Source of the DNA: Actinomycetota bacterium
GTDB taxonomy: Bacteria > Actinomycetota > Actinomycetes > S36-B12 > UBA5976
NCBI GenBank assembly: GCA_009885745.1
Contig: VFKC01000025.1
Location: 24,415-88,414 of the forward strand
Reading direction: 5' to 3'
Length of the DNA stretch: 64,000 nt
Shown: in pieces, positions 30,435 to 39,894 of the stretch
Position numbering within the stretch: the stretch's first letter is position 1
Layout: every line of letters begins with the position of its first letter
Program-made: the position numbers and the translations under genes
The notes under the pieces: model-generated
The model's input: only the letters and a program-made list of their open reading frames with translations
Told to the model about the DNA's origin: nothing
Databases searched by the model: none

Positions 30435-30956
30435 ATGGATCAGCAGGATTCTCTTGATCCCTCGAATGTTGAGCGACTCTGGGCCCCTCATCGGGCTGAC
30501 TACCTTGACAACGAAGCAGGAACATTCAATCAAGACAATTGTCCATTCTGTTTAGAAGCGAACGGCGAGTCAGATCAACAACTGTTGATTCATAGGACCG
30601 AGCATGCGTTCGTAGTCTTAAATAAGTTTCCGTACAGCACAGGACATCTTTTAATCTGTACGAATAGACATGTGGCGCTTTACGATGAGTTAACTGTGCA
30701 AGAATCTGATGAAATTTCTCTATTAACCAAACAGGCCATGATTTGTCTACGCAAAGTCACAAGTGCCCAAGGTTTCAACATTGGGATGAATCAAGGTGCA
30801 GTCTCTGGCGCCGGCATAGCGGGACATCTGCATCAACATGTTGTGCCGCGATGGCCTGCCGACAGCAATTTCATGCCTATTATTGCGCACACAAAAGTTA
30901 TGCCTGAGCTATTGAGTGAAACCAGATTCAAACTTTTAGAAATTTGGGGCAAGTAG
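30435..30956 (+). CDS. HIT-family nucleotide phosphorylase/hydrolase (Ap4A phosphorylase-like)
   Basis: 'CPFC', 'VVLNKFPYSTGHLLI', histidine triad 'GHLHQHVVPRW'. It follows thrS, as in mycobacteria. Confidence 0.85.
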   Translation: MDQQDSLDPSNVERLWAPHRADYLDNEAGTFNQDNCPFCLEANGESDQQLLIHRTEHAFVVLNKFPYSTGHLLICTNRHVALYDELTVQESDEISLLTKQAMICLRKVTSAQGFNIGMNQGAVSGAGIAGHLHQHVVPRWPADSNFMPIIAHTKVMPELLSETRFKLLEIWGK

Positions 30957-31991
30957 ATCAAGGTTGCGGTTCAATGGCTTTACTACGTCACCAATTAGTG
31001 CGCCAGGAGCAATGATCAAACCAGTGGATTCGTATTCCAGAACAAGTGGCTGTATCCCCGATGTAGTTCTGATTTCGAGCGACTCAGTGTCAGGTTGGCC
31101 CCACATGCGAATAAATCCATCAGCGATGCAGAGACCAACCCGAACTCTGGTCTCATTTACTGAACAAGTGTCATCACCCAGGATGATGGTTGGAAGCCAA
31201 CGTGGTGCAATTGCTTTTACCCAGTCAAGTAAAACATCATTGCCAACACCGTCATCTACCGGAATCACAGAAACTATGTCCGGCGACTTCCAAATTCTCT
31301 CGAGACTTGGGATGTTCAACGGCATCCCGAGCGTGTGAGCTTTGAGATTGTCATCATCTAAACCGTGATGGGCAAGTTCGTCAAATAACGCCTCTCTTTT
31401 GTCAGCAGTTAGGCTCATGTGTTCTGGATCGCCGTGACGAATCGCTAGCTCGCCGCTTGAGTAGTCGTGAATGTCTCCAGTCAGGACATCGTAAATGCCA
31501 GCGAAGTGATTCTCATCGTCGTTTTCAATGGGCAAGTAGCGCACCATCGCATCTGGTTCCAAAACACGCTCAACAATCGCCACAACCTCATCGAAATCTG
31601 CACGCGATGAGTGCACATTAAATGCCAGGACAGTGCGCGGGATGGTGTGGTCTGCTGCATGATGCCAAGCAGTCATCTCATTTGGAGACAAACCAATGCC
31701 GCCATCGATAACCATCAAAAAGCCGTCACTTGCTTGTATCAACTCCGCCGACGCGGCACTTGCTTCAACGAAGAGCAATGTAGGCATTAGGTGTGACTCA
31801 GCCGTGACCACCTCAACAATTGGAGAGGTTTGACCCGCAAACTTCGGAAAAATAACATCTTTTACCGAAGCAATGTCGAGTAGATTTGACACACAAACTG
31901 TAATTAGAGACACGTCATCCACCTGCGCGGGTATCGGACTCGGTAACATCGTCATAACTAAACAAATCGTAGCCTGTATAACAAGCAGCAA
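30936..31991 (-). CDS. degenerate, truncated EF-G-like protein (G, G' and domain II only; no P-loop)
   Basis: By-eye similarity to the EF-G G domain: 'SDGFLMVIDGGIGLSPNEMTAWHHAADHTIPRTVLAFNVHSSRADFDEVVAIVERVL', 'YLPIENDDENHFAGIYDVL', 'DVLLDWVKAIAP'. GxxxxGK[ST], DxxG and NKxD are absent or replaced. The start is uncertain (31991, 31955 or 31949). Confidence 0.5.
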   Translation of the reverse strand: MLLVIQATICLVMTMLPSPIPAQVDDVSLITVCVSNLLDIASVKDVIFPKFAGQTSPIVEVVTAESHLMPTLLFVEASAASAELIQASDGFLMVIDGGIGLSPNEMTAWHHAADHTIPRTVLAFNVHSSRADFDEVVAIVERVLEPDAMVRYLPIENDDENHFAGIYDVLTGDIHDYSSGELAIRHGDPEHMSLTADKREALFDELAHHGLDDDNLKAHTLGMPLNIPSLERIWKSPDIVSVIPVDDGVGNDVLLDWVKAIAPRWLPTIILGDDTCSVNETRVRVGLCIADGFIRMWGQPDTESLEIRTTSGIQPLVLEYESTGLIIAPGALIGDVVKPLNRNLDLLAPNF

Positions 31992-32001
31992 AGGACAGGT
32001 A

Positions 32002-32610
32002 GTGCTAGATAACGTTCAAGCGCGCAAAACAGTGTCCAAAGTAATCACGCCAATCGTGAACTTACTCGTGCGCTTAAAGTGCACGCCAGATGTCATTACC
32101 TGGATTGGCGGATTAGGGACCCTATTTTGTGCTGTGGCTTTCGTAAGTCAGGGCCATTTCTTATTGGGCGCAATATTCATCGGAGTTTTCTCCCTCTCAG
32201 ACCTACTTGATGGTGCATTGGCTCGACGACTTGGACTGAGTGGGCCATGGGGTGCATTCATGGATTCCACTGTCGATCGGGTCTCAGATGCCGCCGTTGT
32301 GGGTGCGCTTGCTTATTATTTTTTGACGCCAAGTGTTCATGAGAATTCATCAATTGGTACTGCGTGCCTCCTCGCCTTAGTGATGGGGCAATTGACCTCT
32401 TATGCACGCGCCCGAGCAGAAGGCATTGGGATTGAATGCAAGGTTGGAATTGCTGAGCGGGCAGAAAGATCCCTAATTCTTTGGATTGGCATGCTTGCCA
32501 CTGGCTTAGGATTTAATGTTTTGCCGTACTCGATATATTTGCTGGCGGCTGTGTCAACAATCACAGTTGGCCAGAGAATCACCCACGTCTATCAGCAAAC
32601 ACATCAATGA
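32002..32610 (+). CDS. pgsA: CDP-alcohol phosphatidyltransferase (phosphatidylinositol phosphate synthase-like)
   Basis: Motif D-x2-DG-x2-AR-x8-G-x3-D-x3-D is seen as 'DLLDGALARRLGLSGPWGAFMDSTVDRVSD'. GTG at 32002 is preceded by 'AAAGGA'. The track's longer ORF (31873) overlaps the divergent gene. Confidence 0.85.
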   Translation: MLDNVQARKTVSKVITPIVNLLVRLKCTPDVITWIGGLGTLFCAVAFVSQGHFLLGAIFIGVFSLSDLLDGALARRLGLSGPWGAFMDSTVDRVSDAAVVGALAYYFLTPSVHENSSIGTACLLALVMGQLTSYARARAEGIGIECKVGIAERAERSLILWIGMLATGLGFNVLPYSIYLLAAVSTITVGQRITHVYQQTHQ

Positions 32611-33524
32611 ACATAAAGGACAGGTCAGTTGATTTGGGTTACTGGCTAGGTTGGAACGCACTCTGGATAGTGCCGGCAAAGCTATCCAGACCGTTCTTTG
32701 ACTTAATCGCGGCTGCTACCTGGAAAATACATGGGAACGGAATAAAGCAACTTGAACAAAATCTCGGACGAGTTCTGAGCGTAAATCCAGAGAGTGAACA
32801 GATTCGTAGTTTGAGTTTGCAGGTAATGCGCTCTTACATGCGCTATTACTGGGAGACCTTTCAATTATCAAGGCTATCAAAGCAACAAGTGGTTGAGGCC
32901 ATTACCGCAATCAATGCATCTGGGTTGAGTGACTCTCTTAAAAATGGCGGTGCGATTCTGACGCTTCCTCATTCAGGGAATTGGGACTTAGCGGGAGCGT
33001 GGGCAGCGTCATATTTCGGGTCACTGTGCACAGTCGCAGAACGCCTGCGCCCCGAAAGTGTTTTCCAAAAGTTTCTCAAGATGCGCACTGATTTGGGAAT
33101 CGAGTTAATGCCGCTGACTGGCGATGGTGGTACTTATGAATATCTGCGAAATCATGTCAATAAGGGAAACTTAGTCGCATTATTGGGTGATCGAGATGTC
33201 GCCAAGAGTGGTATGAACAATGAATTCTTTGGACATCGTGCATCATTACCCATCGGGGCTGCTCTGCTTGCAATTGACACAGGCCGGCCGCTTTTTTCCT
33301 GTGCAACACATTTCGAAGGTTCCAAATTGGTAATTACCTTCGACGAAGAGATTGTTTTTTCTCGAGAAAAAGTTGTCGGACGTGATCGATTGAAACTTGC
33401 CCAACAAGTCACTGCTCTGGTTGCGCGTAATTTCGAGACCCACATTCGTGCCCATCCGCAAAATTGGCACCAACTACAACCTGTGTGGAACGACTTGCGT
33501 ATTCATTCGAAAGACCAATCATGA
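32607..33524 (+). CDS. lysophospholipid/lipid A-type acyltransferase (PIM acyltransferase PatA-like)
   Basis: HX4D motif 'HSGNWD'. It lies between pgsA and pimA. The ATG overlaps the pgsA stop. Confidence 0.8.
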   Translation: MNIKDRSVDLGYWLGWNALWIVPAKLSRPFFDLIAAATWKIHGNGIKQLEQNLGRVLSVNPESEQIRSLSLQVMRSYMRYYWETFQLSRLSKQQVVEAITAINASGLSDSLKNGGAILTLPHSGNWDLAGAWAASYFGSLCTVAERLRPESVFQKFLKMRTDLGIELMPLTGDGGTYEYLRNHVNKGNLVALLGDRDVAKSGMNNEFFGHRASLPIGAALLAIDTGRPLFSCATHFEGSKLVITFDEEIVFSREKVVGRDRLKLAQQVTALVARNFETHIRAHPQNWHQLQPVWNDLRIHSKDQS

Positions 33525-34708
33525 GAGTTGGCCTAGTCTGCCCCTATGCGTGGGACATTCCAGGTGGAGTGTCCGCGCACGTTCATGATCTGGCTCTGGC
33601 TTTAATCAAACAAGGACATGTCGTCAGTGTTTTAGCACCTGCGGAATCAGATGAACATTTACCCGATTTTGTCCAATCAACTGGTCGTCCTCGGGCAGTG
33701 AAGTACAACGGCTCAGTAGCGCGTCTTAGTTTCGGGCCGGTTACAGCTGCCCGAGTCTCTAAGTGGATTGAAGAGGGAAACTTTGATGTGCTTCACGTTC
33801 ATGAGCCGCTTGCTCCAAGCCTGTCGGTTTTAGCCTGTTGGAGTGCGACCGGTCCAATAGTTGCAACTTGGCACTCAAGTATGGATCGTTCGAGGGTTTT
33901 GCAGTCACTCATCAAGTTGGCGCGAACCGCGATGGAGAAAATAACTGCTCGCATTGCGGTAAGTGAATCCGCTCGCACGACGTTACGGCATTACGTTGGC
34001 GGTGATGCGATTGTCATTCCCAATGGGGTGAATGTTGCTTCGTTTGCGAATGCCCAACCGATGAGCGGCTGGCCAGGGGATGGCGAATCGATAGTTTTTC
34101 TAGGCAGGATGGACGAACCACGCAAAGGCCTATCGATTTTGATTGACGCTTATCCAGCAATTCGACAAGCACATCCAAATTTAAGACTTCTCATTGCAGG
34201 ACCCGGGGATGCATCAGATCTCTTGAATTCACTAAGTGCGCCCGATAGAGCTTCGGTCACCTGTCTGGGCAAAATTGCTGAGAGTGATAAGGCATCAGTG
34301 TTGGCGTCGGGCTCTATCTATATCGCACCAAATACTGGGGGCGAATCTTTTGGCATCGTCCTATTGGAAGCCATGGCGGCTGGTACTCCTGTACTCGCGA
34401 GTAATCTAAAAGCGTTCGAACGGGTGCTTGCAGGTGGGCAAAGCGGAGTGCTCTTCAATAATGAAGATGCCAATTCACTAGCCGCGGCGGCAATCGCACT
34501 TTTGTCCAATGCAACGCAACGAGAACAACTTCGTGCGTCTGCTTTGTTGAGAGTCGCACAATTTGATTGGGACATTGTGGCAGCGCAGATTGTTGATGTC
34601 TATCAATCAGTCACGCTTAATGGAAATAAGGTGCGTCCTGATCTAACTGGTCAAATGCTTGGTCGTCTTGGCAAACTGCGGATAACTCCAGAAAAAGGAG
34701 AGCTGTGA
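33521..34708 (+). CDS. pimA: GT4 glycosyltransferase, phosphatidylinositol alpha-mannosyltransferase-like
   Basis: 'MRVGLVCPYAWDIPGGV', 'ESFGIVLLEAMAAGTPVLAS' (EX7E). The ATG at 33521 overlaps the upstream stop (ATGA). Confidence 0.85.
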   Translation: MRVGLVCPYAWDIPGGVSAHVHDLALALIKQGHVVSVLAPAESDEHLPDFVQSTGRPRAVKYNGSVARLSFGPVTAARVSKWIEEGNFDVLHVHEPLAPSLSVLACWSATGPIVATWHSSMDRSRVLQSLIKLARTAMEKITARIAVSESARTTLRHYVGGDAIVIPNGVNVASFANAQPMSGWPGDGESIVFLGRMDEPRKGLSILIDAYPAIRQAHPNLRLLIAGPGDASDLLNSLSAPDRASVTCLGKIAESDKASVLASGSIYIAPNTGGESFGIVLLEAMAAGTPVLASNLKAFERVLAGGQSGVLFNNEDANSLAAAAIALLSNATQREQLRASALLRVAQFDWDIVAAQIVDVYQSVTLNGNKVRPDLTGQMLGRLGKLRITPEKGEL

Positions 34709-35253
34709 ACATGCTGGACACTTGGATTCTCGTTTTAATAGCTTCATTAGCGCTCTGGTACTTATCCCATCAAGCTGGTCGTCTTGATCGCCTGCATCAC
34801 AGAATTGAGATGTCTAAAGCGACATTGGATACCAATCTTGCAAAGCGATCTGGCATTGTTCTTGAAATCGCAAATAGTGGGCTGTTTGATCGGGTAACCA
34901 GTGCCGTATTGGCCCAAGGTGCTCATGATGCCTTAGATGATGATGATCTCACCTCGTTCTCGCGGCTGGAAACCGAGAACAATCTAAGTGAGTTACTTAG
35001 AGACGCTATCGAGGCAATGCAACCAATTGCCCAAGTTGAACAGAATCTAGAAGAATTGAAACTATTTTCTGATCTGGAAAATGTTTGCAATCGTGTCGTG
35101 TTGACACATCGATTTATGGGTGAGGCTGTAGATGATTGTCTTGCAATACGAAAGCTGCATCTGGTGCGTCTTTTACATTTGGCCGGACTAGCCCCTCTTC
35201 CAGCAAAAATTGAACTTGATGTTGTGCCACCTGAGTTTCCTTCAATTCGCTGA
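34705..35253 (+). CDS. hypothetical N-terminally anchored protein (distantly LemA-like helix pattern)
   Basis: One TM helix 'WILVLIASLALWYL', then 'RLDRLHHRIEMSKATLDTNLAKRSGIVLEI'. The start overlaps the pimA stop. No confident family could be assigned. Confidence 0.4.
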   Translation: MNMLDTWILVLIASLALWYLSHQAGRLDRLHHRIEMSKATLDTNLAKRSGIVLEIANSGLFDRVTSAVLAQGAHDALDDDDLTSFSRLETENNLSELLRDAIEAMQPIAQVEQNLEELKLFSDLENVCNRVVLTHRFMGEAVDDCLAIRKLHLVRLLHLAGLAPLPAKIELDVVPPEFPSIR

Positions 35254-35309
35254 AATACCGCGTTGCGGTAGACTAAGTTGGAAATCTGACTACATCACTA
35301 GAGGACGAC

Positions 35310-36215
35310 ATGACTTTGCAAAATGACTCGAACGCTCAAGTTGCTACTACCCGCGTGAAAAGGGGCATGGCTGACATGCTCAAGGGTGGTGTAATCATGG
35401 ATGTCGTCAACGCTGAACAGGCGCGTATTGCAGAAGATGCAGGCTCAGTTGCAGTTATGGCTCTTGAGCGTGTACCAGCAGACATCCGCGCTCAGGGTGG
35501 CGTTGCACGAATGAGCGACCCCGACATGATCGACAAGATTATTGCCGCAGTATCCATTCCAGTAATGGCGAAGGCCCGAATCGGTCACTTTGTTGAAGCA
35601 CAAATTATCGAAAGTTTAGGCGTGGACTTCATTGATGAGTCAGAGGTATTGACCCCTGCTGATTTCGCTCATCACATTGACAAGTGGAAATTCAAGACAC
35701 CATTTGTTTGCGGGGCAACCAATCTTGGTGAAGCACTTCGAAGAATCAACGAAGGTGCAGCCATGATCCGCTCGAAGGGTGAGGCTGGTACTGGCGATGT
35801 CTCAAATGCAACGACGCATATTCGAACCATTACCGCAGAGATTCGTAAGTTATCTTCCATGAGGTCAGATGAACTTTATGTTGCAGCCAAGGAATTACAG
35901 GCTCCTTATGATCTAGTCCTAGAAGTAGCACGGACTGGATCACTTCCAGTGGTACTTTTCACTGCCGGCGGAATTGCAACGCCAGCTGATGCAGCAATGA
36001 TGATGCAACTTGGCGCGGATGGCGTTTTTGTTGGATCTGGAATTTTCAAGTCAGGCGATCCAGTCGCTCGCGCGAATGCAATCGTGCAAGCGACTATGAA
36101 TTTCGATAACCCGGATGCGGTTGCGAAAGCATCTCGTGGGCTCGGCGAAGCAATGGTCGGTATAAATGTTGCTGATATTCCAGTGCCACATCGTTTAGCT
36201 GAACGCGGCTGGTAA
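35310..36215 (+). CDS. pdxS: pyridoxal 5'-phosphate synthase lyase subunit
   Basis: '[23 protein letters not shown]', '[11 protein letters not shown]', 'GEAGTGD', 'FVGSGIFKS'. Confidence 0.95.
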   Translation: MTLQNDSNAQVATTRVKRGMADMLKGGVIMDVVNAEQARIAEDAGSVAVMALERVPADIRAQGGVARMSDPDMIDKIIAAVSIPVMAKARIGHFVEAQIIESLGVDFIDESEVLTPADFAHHIDKWKFKTPFVCGATNLGEALRRINEGAAMIRSKGEAGTGDVSNATTHIRTITAEIRKLSSMRSDELYVAAKELQAPYDLVLEVARTGSLPVVLFTAGGIATPADAAMMMQLGADGVFVGSGIFKSGDPVARANAIVQATMNFDNPDAVAKASRGLGEAMVGINVADIPVPHRLAERGW

Positions 36216-36838
36216 TGGGTGCTTCCCCGATTATCGGGGTGCTCGCAATTCAAGGAGATGTTCGTGAGCACTCTAAAATGCTCGTTGAAAGTGGCGCAGT
36301 TGTTCGCGAGGTAAAGCACGCTTCGGATTTTGCTGGTGTTGCAGGTTTAGTTATTCCTGGCGGCGAATCCACGACGATGGGTATCCTGGCAGACAAAAAT
36401 AATCTGTTCGAACCTTTACGTGCCGCGGCGAGAGAATTACCGGTTTATGGTTCTTGCGCTGGATTAATCATGCTCGCCGATGTTGTTACTGATGCTCGCT
36501 TGGATCAACCGACAATTGGGGGGCTGCATATCACTGCCCAACGGAATGCATTTGGTCGCCAGCGAGATTCATTCGAAATAGACCTCGACATTGACGCAAT
36601 AGGCGCACCCGCTTTTCACGCTATTTTTATCAGGGCACCTCTAGTCACCAGTGTGGGTCCCCAAGTTGAAGTTCTGTGCGCAATGAAGGAATCAGTGTCT
36701 CGCGACGACACCCACAGCCAAGATGAGCGCATAGTGGCGGTCCGACAAGGTAACCTACTTGCGACGTCATTTCATCCCGAGTTGACTTCGGATTTACGTT
36801 TCCATCAGTACTTCATAGAAATGGTGAGATCTGCATGA
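36215..36838 (+). CDS. pdxT: pyridoxal 5'-phosphate synthase glutaminase subunit
   Basis: '[10 protein letters not shown]', 'IPGGESTT', catalytic Cys 'GSCAGLIML', 'FHPELT'. TAATG overlap with pdxS. Confidence 0.93.
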   Translation: MGASPIIGVLAIQGDVREHSKMLVESGAVVREVKHASDFAGVAGLVIPGGESTTMGILADKNNLFEPLRAAARELPVYGSCAGLIMLADVVTDARLDQPTIGGLHITAQRNAFGRQRDSFEIDLDIDAIGAPAFHAIFIRAPLVTSVGPQVEVLCAMKESVSRDDTHSQDERIVAVRQGNLLATSFHPELTSDLRFHQYFIEMVRSA

Positions 36839-37593
36839 GTGGGCATTCCAAATGGGCAACGACTAAGCACAAAAAAGCAATCATTGATTCGCGTCGCGGT
36901 AAGTTATTTGCCAAATTAATTAAAAACATTGAAGTTGCAGTTCGAGCCGGTGGAGACGACACAAGTGCCAACCCGACGTTATTCGATGCCATCCAAAAGG
37001 CACGCAAGAACTCAGTTCCGCTTGACAACATTGAACGCGCTGTGAAGCGTGGCTCTGGTGCGGAAACTGGGGGAGCCGACTATCAAACCATCATGTACGA
37101 AGGCTACGGACCAAACGGGGTTGCCATGCTCATTGAATGCCTTAGTGATAACCGCAACCGTGCTGCCTCTGATGTTCGTGTTGGAATGACTCGCAATGGT
37201 GGAACGATGGCAGATCCGGGCTCGGTCTCTTATCTCTTCAATCGCAAAGGCGTAGTAGTCGTGCCAGAGGGTGCATCAAATGAGGACGATGTTTTTGAAG
37301 CAGTGTTAGATGCAGGCGCGCAAGAGGTAAATGATTTGGGTGGTCCGCTAGAGATAATCTCTGACGCAACTGATGTTGTCAGGGTACGAACCGCACTTCA
37401 GTTAGCGGGCATTGACTATGAGTCTGCTGAAGCTACTTTTGTGCCATCCATGACTGTTCCGGTTGATGCAGATACTGCGCGCAAAGTATTCAAATTGATT
37501 GAAGCCCTAGAAGATTGTGACGATGTTCAAAACGTGTATGCAAATTTCGATCTTTCGGATGAAGTTATAGCTGAGCTTGACCAAGACGCCTAA
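36835..37593 (+). CDS. YebC/PmpR family DNA-binding transcriptional regulator
   Basis: '[28 protein letters not shown]', '[10 protein letters not shown]'. Confidence 0.93.
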   Translation: MSGHSKWATTKHKKAIIDSRRGKLFAKLIKNIEVAVRAGGDDTSANPTLFDAIQKARKNSVPLDNIERAVKRGSGAETGGADYQTIMYEGYGPNGVAMLIECLSDNRNRAASDVRVGMTRNGGTMADPGSVSYLFNRKGVVVVPEGASNEDDVFEAVLDAGAQEVNDLGGPLEIISDATDVVRVRTALQLAGIDYESAEATFVPSMTVPVDADTARKVFKLIEALEDCDDVQNVYANFDLSDEVIAELDQDA

Positions 37594-37662
37594 ACACGCG
37601 CGGCAAATGGCTATCTTTTCCGATTTCATGCAATAGTATTCGAACAGATGTTCGGAGGATTT

Positions 37663-38187
37663 ATGCGCGTTCTGGGAATAGATCCTGGGCTTACCCGTTG
37701 TGGGGTTGGGATTATCGATGTTAATGACCGTAGACAGAGCGTGTTTGTCTATGTGAATGTAATCGAAACGCCCACAGATGCGCCACTGGACATGCGCCTG
37801 CTGATGTTAGAAGAGGCAATTCAAGAGATTGTGACAAATTTCCAGCCAGATGCAGTCGCGGTCGAGCGAGTATTCAGTCAACACAATGTGCGTACCGCTA
37901 TGAGCACGGCTCAAGCAAGCGCGATTGCCCTTTTGGTTGCATCCAAGAATGGCATCGAAGTCTCTATGTACACGCCCACAGAAGTTAAAGCGGCTGTCAC
38001 TGGTAGCGGTCGAGCCAATAAGGCACAAGTCACCGCGATGGTCACAAAAATTCTCAAACTGCAAGATGCGCCAAAACCAGCAGATGCCGCAGATGCCTTG
38101 GCTCTGGCACTTTGCCACTCATGGCGCGGAATCGGCCAGACTCGCATTGCTCAAGCGATAAATCAACTAAAGGCTGTGTCATCATGA
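37663..38187 (+). CDS. ruvC: crossover junction endodeoxyribonuclease RuvC
   Basis: 'MRVLGIDPGLTRCGVG', 'VAVERVF', C-terminal 'ADAADALALALCH'. Confidence 0.93.
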   Translation: MRVLGIDPGLTRCGVGIIDVNDRRQSVFVYVNVIETPTDAPLDMRLLMLEEAIQEIVTNFQPDAVAVERVFSQHNVRTAMSTAQASAIALLVASKNGIEVSMYTPTEVKAAVTGSGRANKAQVTAMVTKILKLQDAPKPADAADALALALCHSWRGIGQTRIAQAINQLKAVSS

Positions 38188-38771
38188 TTGCATCTTTGAC
38201 CGGAACAGTATTAGATGCTCGTATCGATGGTCTTGTGATTAATGTTGGCGGGCTTGGATACTTTGTAATCTGTGCACCAGACACAAGTGCCACCGCTCGG
38301 GTTGGATCGCAAATGACCGTGCAGACGTCTTTGGTTGTGCGAGAGGACTCCTTGACCTTATTCGGATTCGCGAATGCCCAAGATCGTGAACTCTTTGAGA
38401 TTGTTCAGGCAGTTTCTGGGTTTGGCCCTAAACTCGCATTCACGATAATTGCGACTCTGCCAGGTGATCAATTCAGAAATGCCATCCTGACCGAAGATTC
38501 GGTGCGCTTAACGAAAACTCCAGGTGTTGGTAGTAAAGGCGCAGCTAGACTCATTTTGGAACTAAAAGACAAGGTCGCAGCAACTGCCTCCAGCACAAGA
38601 GAGTCCCCACGCAAATGGGCTGATCAGGTTGAACAAGGTCTAACGGGACTCGGGTGGAGTACCAAAGAAGCTCAACGTGCAATCTCTGCGCTACCGACTG
38701 AACTACAGGGCGAATCGGGCGATGCAGCGACAATACTGCGCGCTGCTTTACAGATCTTGGCAAATCAATGA
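38184..38771 (+). CDS. ruvA: Holliday junction branch migration protein RuvA
   Basis: 'MIASLTGTV', 'LFGF', 'GFGPKLA', '[20 protein letters not shown]'. The ATG overlaps the ruvC stop. Confidence 0.92.
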   Translation: MIASLTGTVLDARIDGLVINVGGLGYFVICAPDTSATARVGSQMTVQTSLVVREDSLTLFGFANAQDRELFEIVQAVSGFGPKLAFTIIATLPGDQFRNAILTEDSVRLTKTPGVGSKGAARLILELKDKVAATASSTRESPRKWADQVEQGLTGLGWSTKEAQRAISALPTELQGESGDAATILRAALQILANQ

Positions 38772-39793
38772 AAGACGATCAATTGATTAGCGCTAGTGCC
38801 TCATTGGAAGAAAGAGTACTAGAGGCTGCACTAAGACCGGCGACGCTTAACGAGTTTGTGGGACAACAACGTGTCAAAGACCAGCTTCACCTAGTTTTGC
38901 AGGCAGCCAGTAAGCGTCAGGCAAGTCCCGACCATATTCTGCTAGCAGGGCCACCAGGCTTAGGCAAAACCACCTTGGCCATGATTGTGGCGAGCGAATT
39001 GGGCGCCCCGTTGCGGCTAAGCAGTGGGCCGGCGATTCAACATGCCGGCGATTTAGCAAGCATGCTTTCGAGTTTAATACCTGGCGAAGTTCTGTTCATT
39101 GATGAAATACATCGAATGTCTAGATCAGCCGAGGAGATGCTTTATCTCGCAATGGAAGACTTCCGAGTGGATGTCATGGTCGGTAAAGGTCCCGGTGCGA
39201 CGTCAATTCCACTTGAGCTACCCGCCTTCACTTTGGTTGGCGCAACGACAAGGTCAGGAATGTTGCCGGCACCATTACGCGACCGTTTTGGTTTTACTGC
39301 GCATCTTGATTACTACGAACCCGAAGAATTGCACACCATTGTTACGCGTTCCGCATTGCAATTAGGGATCGTCGCTGATTCCCAATCATGTTCAGAACTC
39401 GCAAGCCGATCTCGTGGTACACCCAGAATCGCAAACAGGCTTCTTCGTCGAGCGCGCGATTACGCCCAAGTTCACCATGATGGCGTTCTCGATGCGGAAC
39501 GAACTCGCAGCGCACTAGAGCTCTATGAGGTTGATGAAATTGGGTTGGATCGTCTTGATCGGGCCGTCTTAGTGGCGTTAATCGATAATTTCGCTGGGGG
39601 ACCGGTGGGCCTGTCAACATTGGCTATGGCAGTTGGTGAAGAGCCCGAAACAGTGGAAACAGTCTGTGAACCATTCTTGGTTCGACTAGGTTTCATGGCC
39701 CGAACACCTAGGGGCAGAACAGCAACTTCGGCAAGCTTTGAAGCGTTAGGTCGTCCAGTACCAGAGTGGTCAAACAGATTTGAACCCAGTTAG
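38768..39793 (+). CDS. ruvB: Holliday junction branch migration DNA helicase RuvB
   Basis: '[12 protein letters not shown]', Walker A '[11 protein letters not shown]', 'LFIDEIHR', '[12 protein letters not shown]'. Confidence 0.95.
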   Translation: MKDDQLISASASLEERVLEAALRPATLNEFVGQQRVKDQLHLVLQAASKRQASPDHILLAGPPGLGKTTLAMIVASELGAPLRLSSGPAIQHAGDLASMLSSLIPGEVLFIDEIHRMSRSAEEMLYLAMEDFRVDVMVGKGPGATSIPLELPAFTLVGATTRSGMLPAPLRDRFGFTAHLDYYEPEELHTIVTRSALQLGIVADSQSCSELASRSRGTPRIANRLLRRARDYAQVHHDGVLDAERTRSALELYEVDEIGLDRLDRAVLVALIDNFAGGPVGLSTLAMAVGEEPETVETVCEPFLVRLGFMARTPRGRTATSASFEALGRPVPEWSNRFEPS

Positions 39794-39894
39794 ATTGGGG
39801 CGTGCTTAGCAATGGTCTTGTTATCCGCTAATGTTGAGGCTGACGCGCGTTTTGCGAGTTGTTTTTCGACTATGGACTACAGAAGGTTTGATTC

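Noticed and set aside
35256-35270. Hairpin TACCGC-GTT-GCGGTA right after the stop of the 34705-35253 gene, a candidate terminator before pdxS
   Set aside because: It has a 6-bp stem and 3-nt loop with no following T-tract. That is too weak to call an intrinsic terminator without 3'-end data.
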